This document shows, piece after piece, positions 5,956 through 6,573 of a DNA stretch of 6,573 nt. The DNA lies in the NCBI GenBank assembly GCA_013416795.1, contig RQSC01001060.1:1-6573 (forward strand). Direction: 5' to 3'. Under the pieces are notes generated by a model, which was not told the DNA's origin, searched no databases, and worked only from the letters and a program-made list of their open reading frames with translations. The first letter of the stretch is position 1, and the number at the start of each line of letters is the position of its first letter. Position numbers and translations under genes: made by a program. Source of the DNA: Prasinococcaceae sp. CCMP 1430. Taxonomy: Eukaryota > Plantae > Prasinodermophyta.

Positions 5956-6012
5956 GTGCTCCTCGTAGCGCCGCCGCACGCGCGCACCTCTGCGCGCGCG
6001 CGTGCACGCGCG

Positions 6013-6321
6013 TCACCGAGAGCCGAGCGCTCCCTCCATCTCGCTCACGCGCGCGAGCAGGAGCTCGGCGCGGCGCGCCTGCAGCTGCGCACGCGCGCGC
6101 GACGCGTACACGTCGCTGTCGACGGGCACGCCAATGCGCGCGCGCGACGCGATCTCCTTGAGCTCGGCCTGCACCGTGAGAACGCCCTCACGGAACTCGG
6201 CACAGCGCTCGAGCACGCCTGCCTCGTCGGCGTCGCCGACGCCACTCGTGGCATCGAGCACGCCGGCCGCGCACTCGAGCAGCTCCGCTAGCCGGGCCTC
6301 GCAGGCCTCGATCGCCTCCAT
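6013..6321 (-). CDS. MED11: Mediator of RNA polymerase II transcription subunit 11, 102 aa
   Basis: MEAIEACEARLAELLECAAGVLDATS...ERCAEFREGVLTVQAELKEIASRARIGVPVDSDVYASRARAQLQARRAELLLARVSEM follows the Med11 pattern as I recall it (human: LRALEDIEREIGAILQNAG...AFTASVQHVEAEL...GQPHEGSSYSSRKDCQMALKR; plant: CREF...RPFEKCDYNAR). Length fits. ATG 6321 is the first in-frame ATG; the track's start at 6423 is GTG, and a short upstream extension cannot be excluded. Confidence 0.82.
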   Translation of the reverse strand: MEAIEACEARLAELLECAAGVLDATSGVGDADEAGVLERCAEFREGVLTVQAELKEIASRARIGVPVDSDVYASRARAQLQARRAELLLARVSEMEGALGSR

Positions 6322-6453
6322 CCCGGTTGCGCGGGCCGCCACGCCCGAGGCCGCCGAGGCCGCCGCTGGCCGAGACCGCCGTCGAGGCGCGAACCACGCC
6401 GCAGTCCCGCTGCCGCCCCCCACAGCGCGCGCACCAGGACCTGCTCCACCGCC

Positions 6454-6480
6454 GGGGCGGGCCGGGGGAGGGAGGAGGGG
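6454..6480 (+). other. G-quadruplex-type motif upstream of MED11
   Basis: G4-c-G3-cc-G5-a-G3-agga-G4, facing a nearby C-rich tract at about 6510-6530. Confidence 0.4.
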
Positions 6481-6573
6481 AAGAGGGCGCGCGGCGCGCC
6501 CTCGCTCTGCCCTCCGCCCCCCCGCGCCCTGCGCACCCGCACACGGGCTCAGGCGCCGAGCCTCACTTTATTG

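Noticed and set aside
4904-6016. 370-aa minus ORF and other ORFs overlapping the SET gene
   Set aside because: Shadow frames with no domain signal.
6567-6572. AATAAA on the minus strand at the right edge
   Set aside because: Truncated context; it cannot be distinguished between a poly(A) signal of an upstream gene, a promoter AT patch and chance.
1-6573. CRISPR array, transposon, tRNA/rRNA or prokaryotic operon
   Set aside because: No spaced direct repeats, terminal repeats, transposase/RT motifs or structured RNA signatures were seen; spliced genes and MED11 show this is eukaryotic nuclear DNA.

Overview
Very GC-rich (roughly 70-75% by eye), CpG-rich, compact eukaryotic genomic DNA with spliceosomal introns, probably from a microalga. 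A prasinophyte-grade green alga or a Pavlovales-type haptophyte are guesses only. Five protein-coding genes are tightly packed, alternately divergent and convergent. (1) The 5' part of a minus-strand gene running off the left edge, resembling the cyanobacterial/algal CPYC-type glutathione S-transferase N-domain but with CLYA. (2) A plus-strand gene of unknown function (about 823-2297) whose probable start is out of frame by one base exactly at an N at 841; it has an N-terminal helical region, a disordered middle with two TQT motifs and a folded-looking C-terminus. (3) A 4-exon minus-strand gene (3906-2468, 264 aa) for a stand-alone BtaB-type betaine-lipid (DGTS) N-methyltransferase, lacking the BtaA half of the usual fused algal/fungal BTA1. 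(4) A plus-strand Rubisco-LSMT-class SET-domain gene ending at 5908, with altered conserved motifs and no in-frame ATG. (5) A minus-strand Mediator subunit MED11 (6321-6013). Non-coding features include a G50 run in an intron, a Z-DNA-prone alternating tract, G4/i-motif tracts and AT-rich islands between genes. Most other ORFs in the track are high-GC shadow frames. I found no mobile element, CRISPR array or RNA gene, and no clearly novel multi-gene system. The stand-alone BtaB gene and the mirrored architecture of the two divergent regions are the most notable items.
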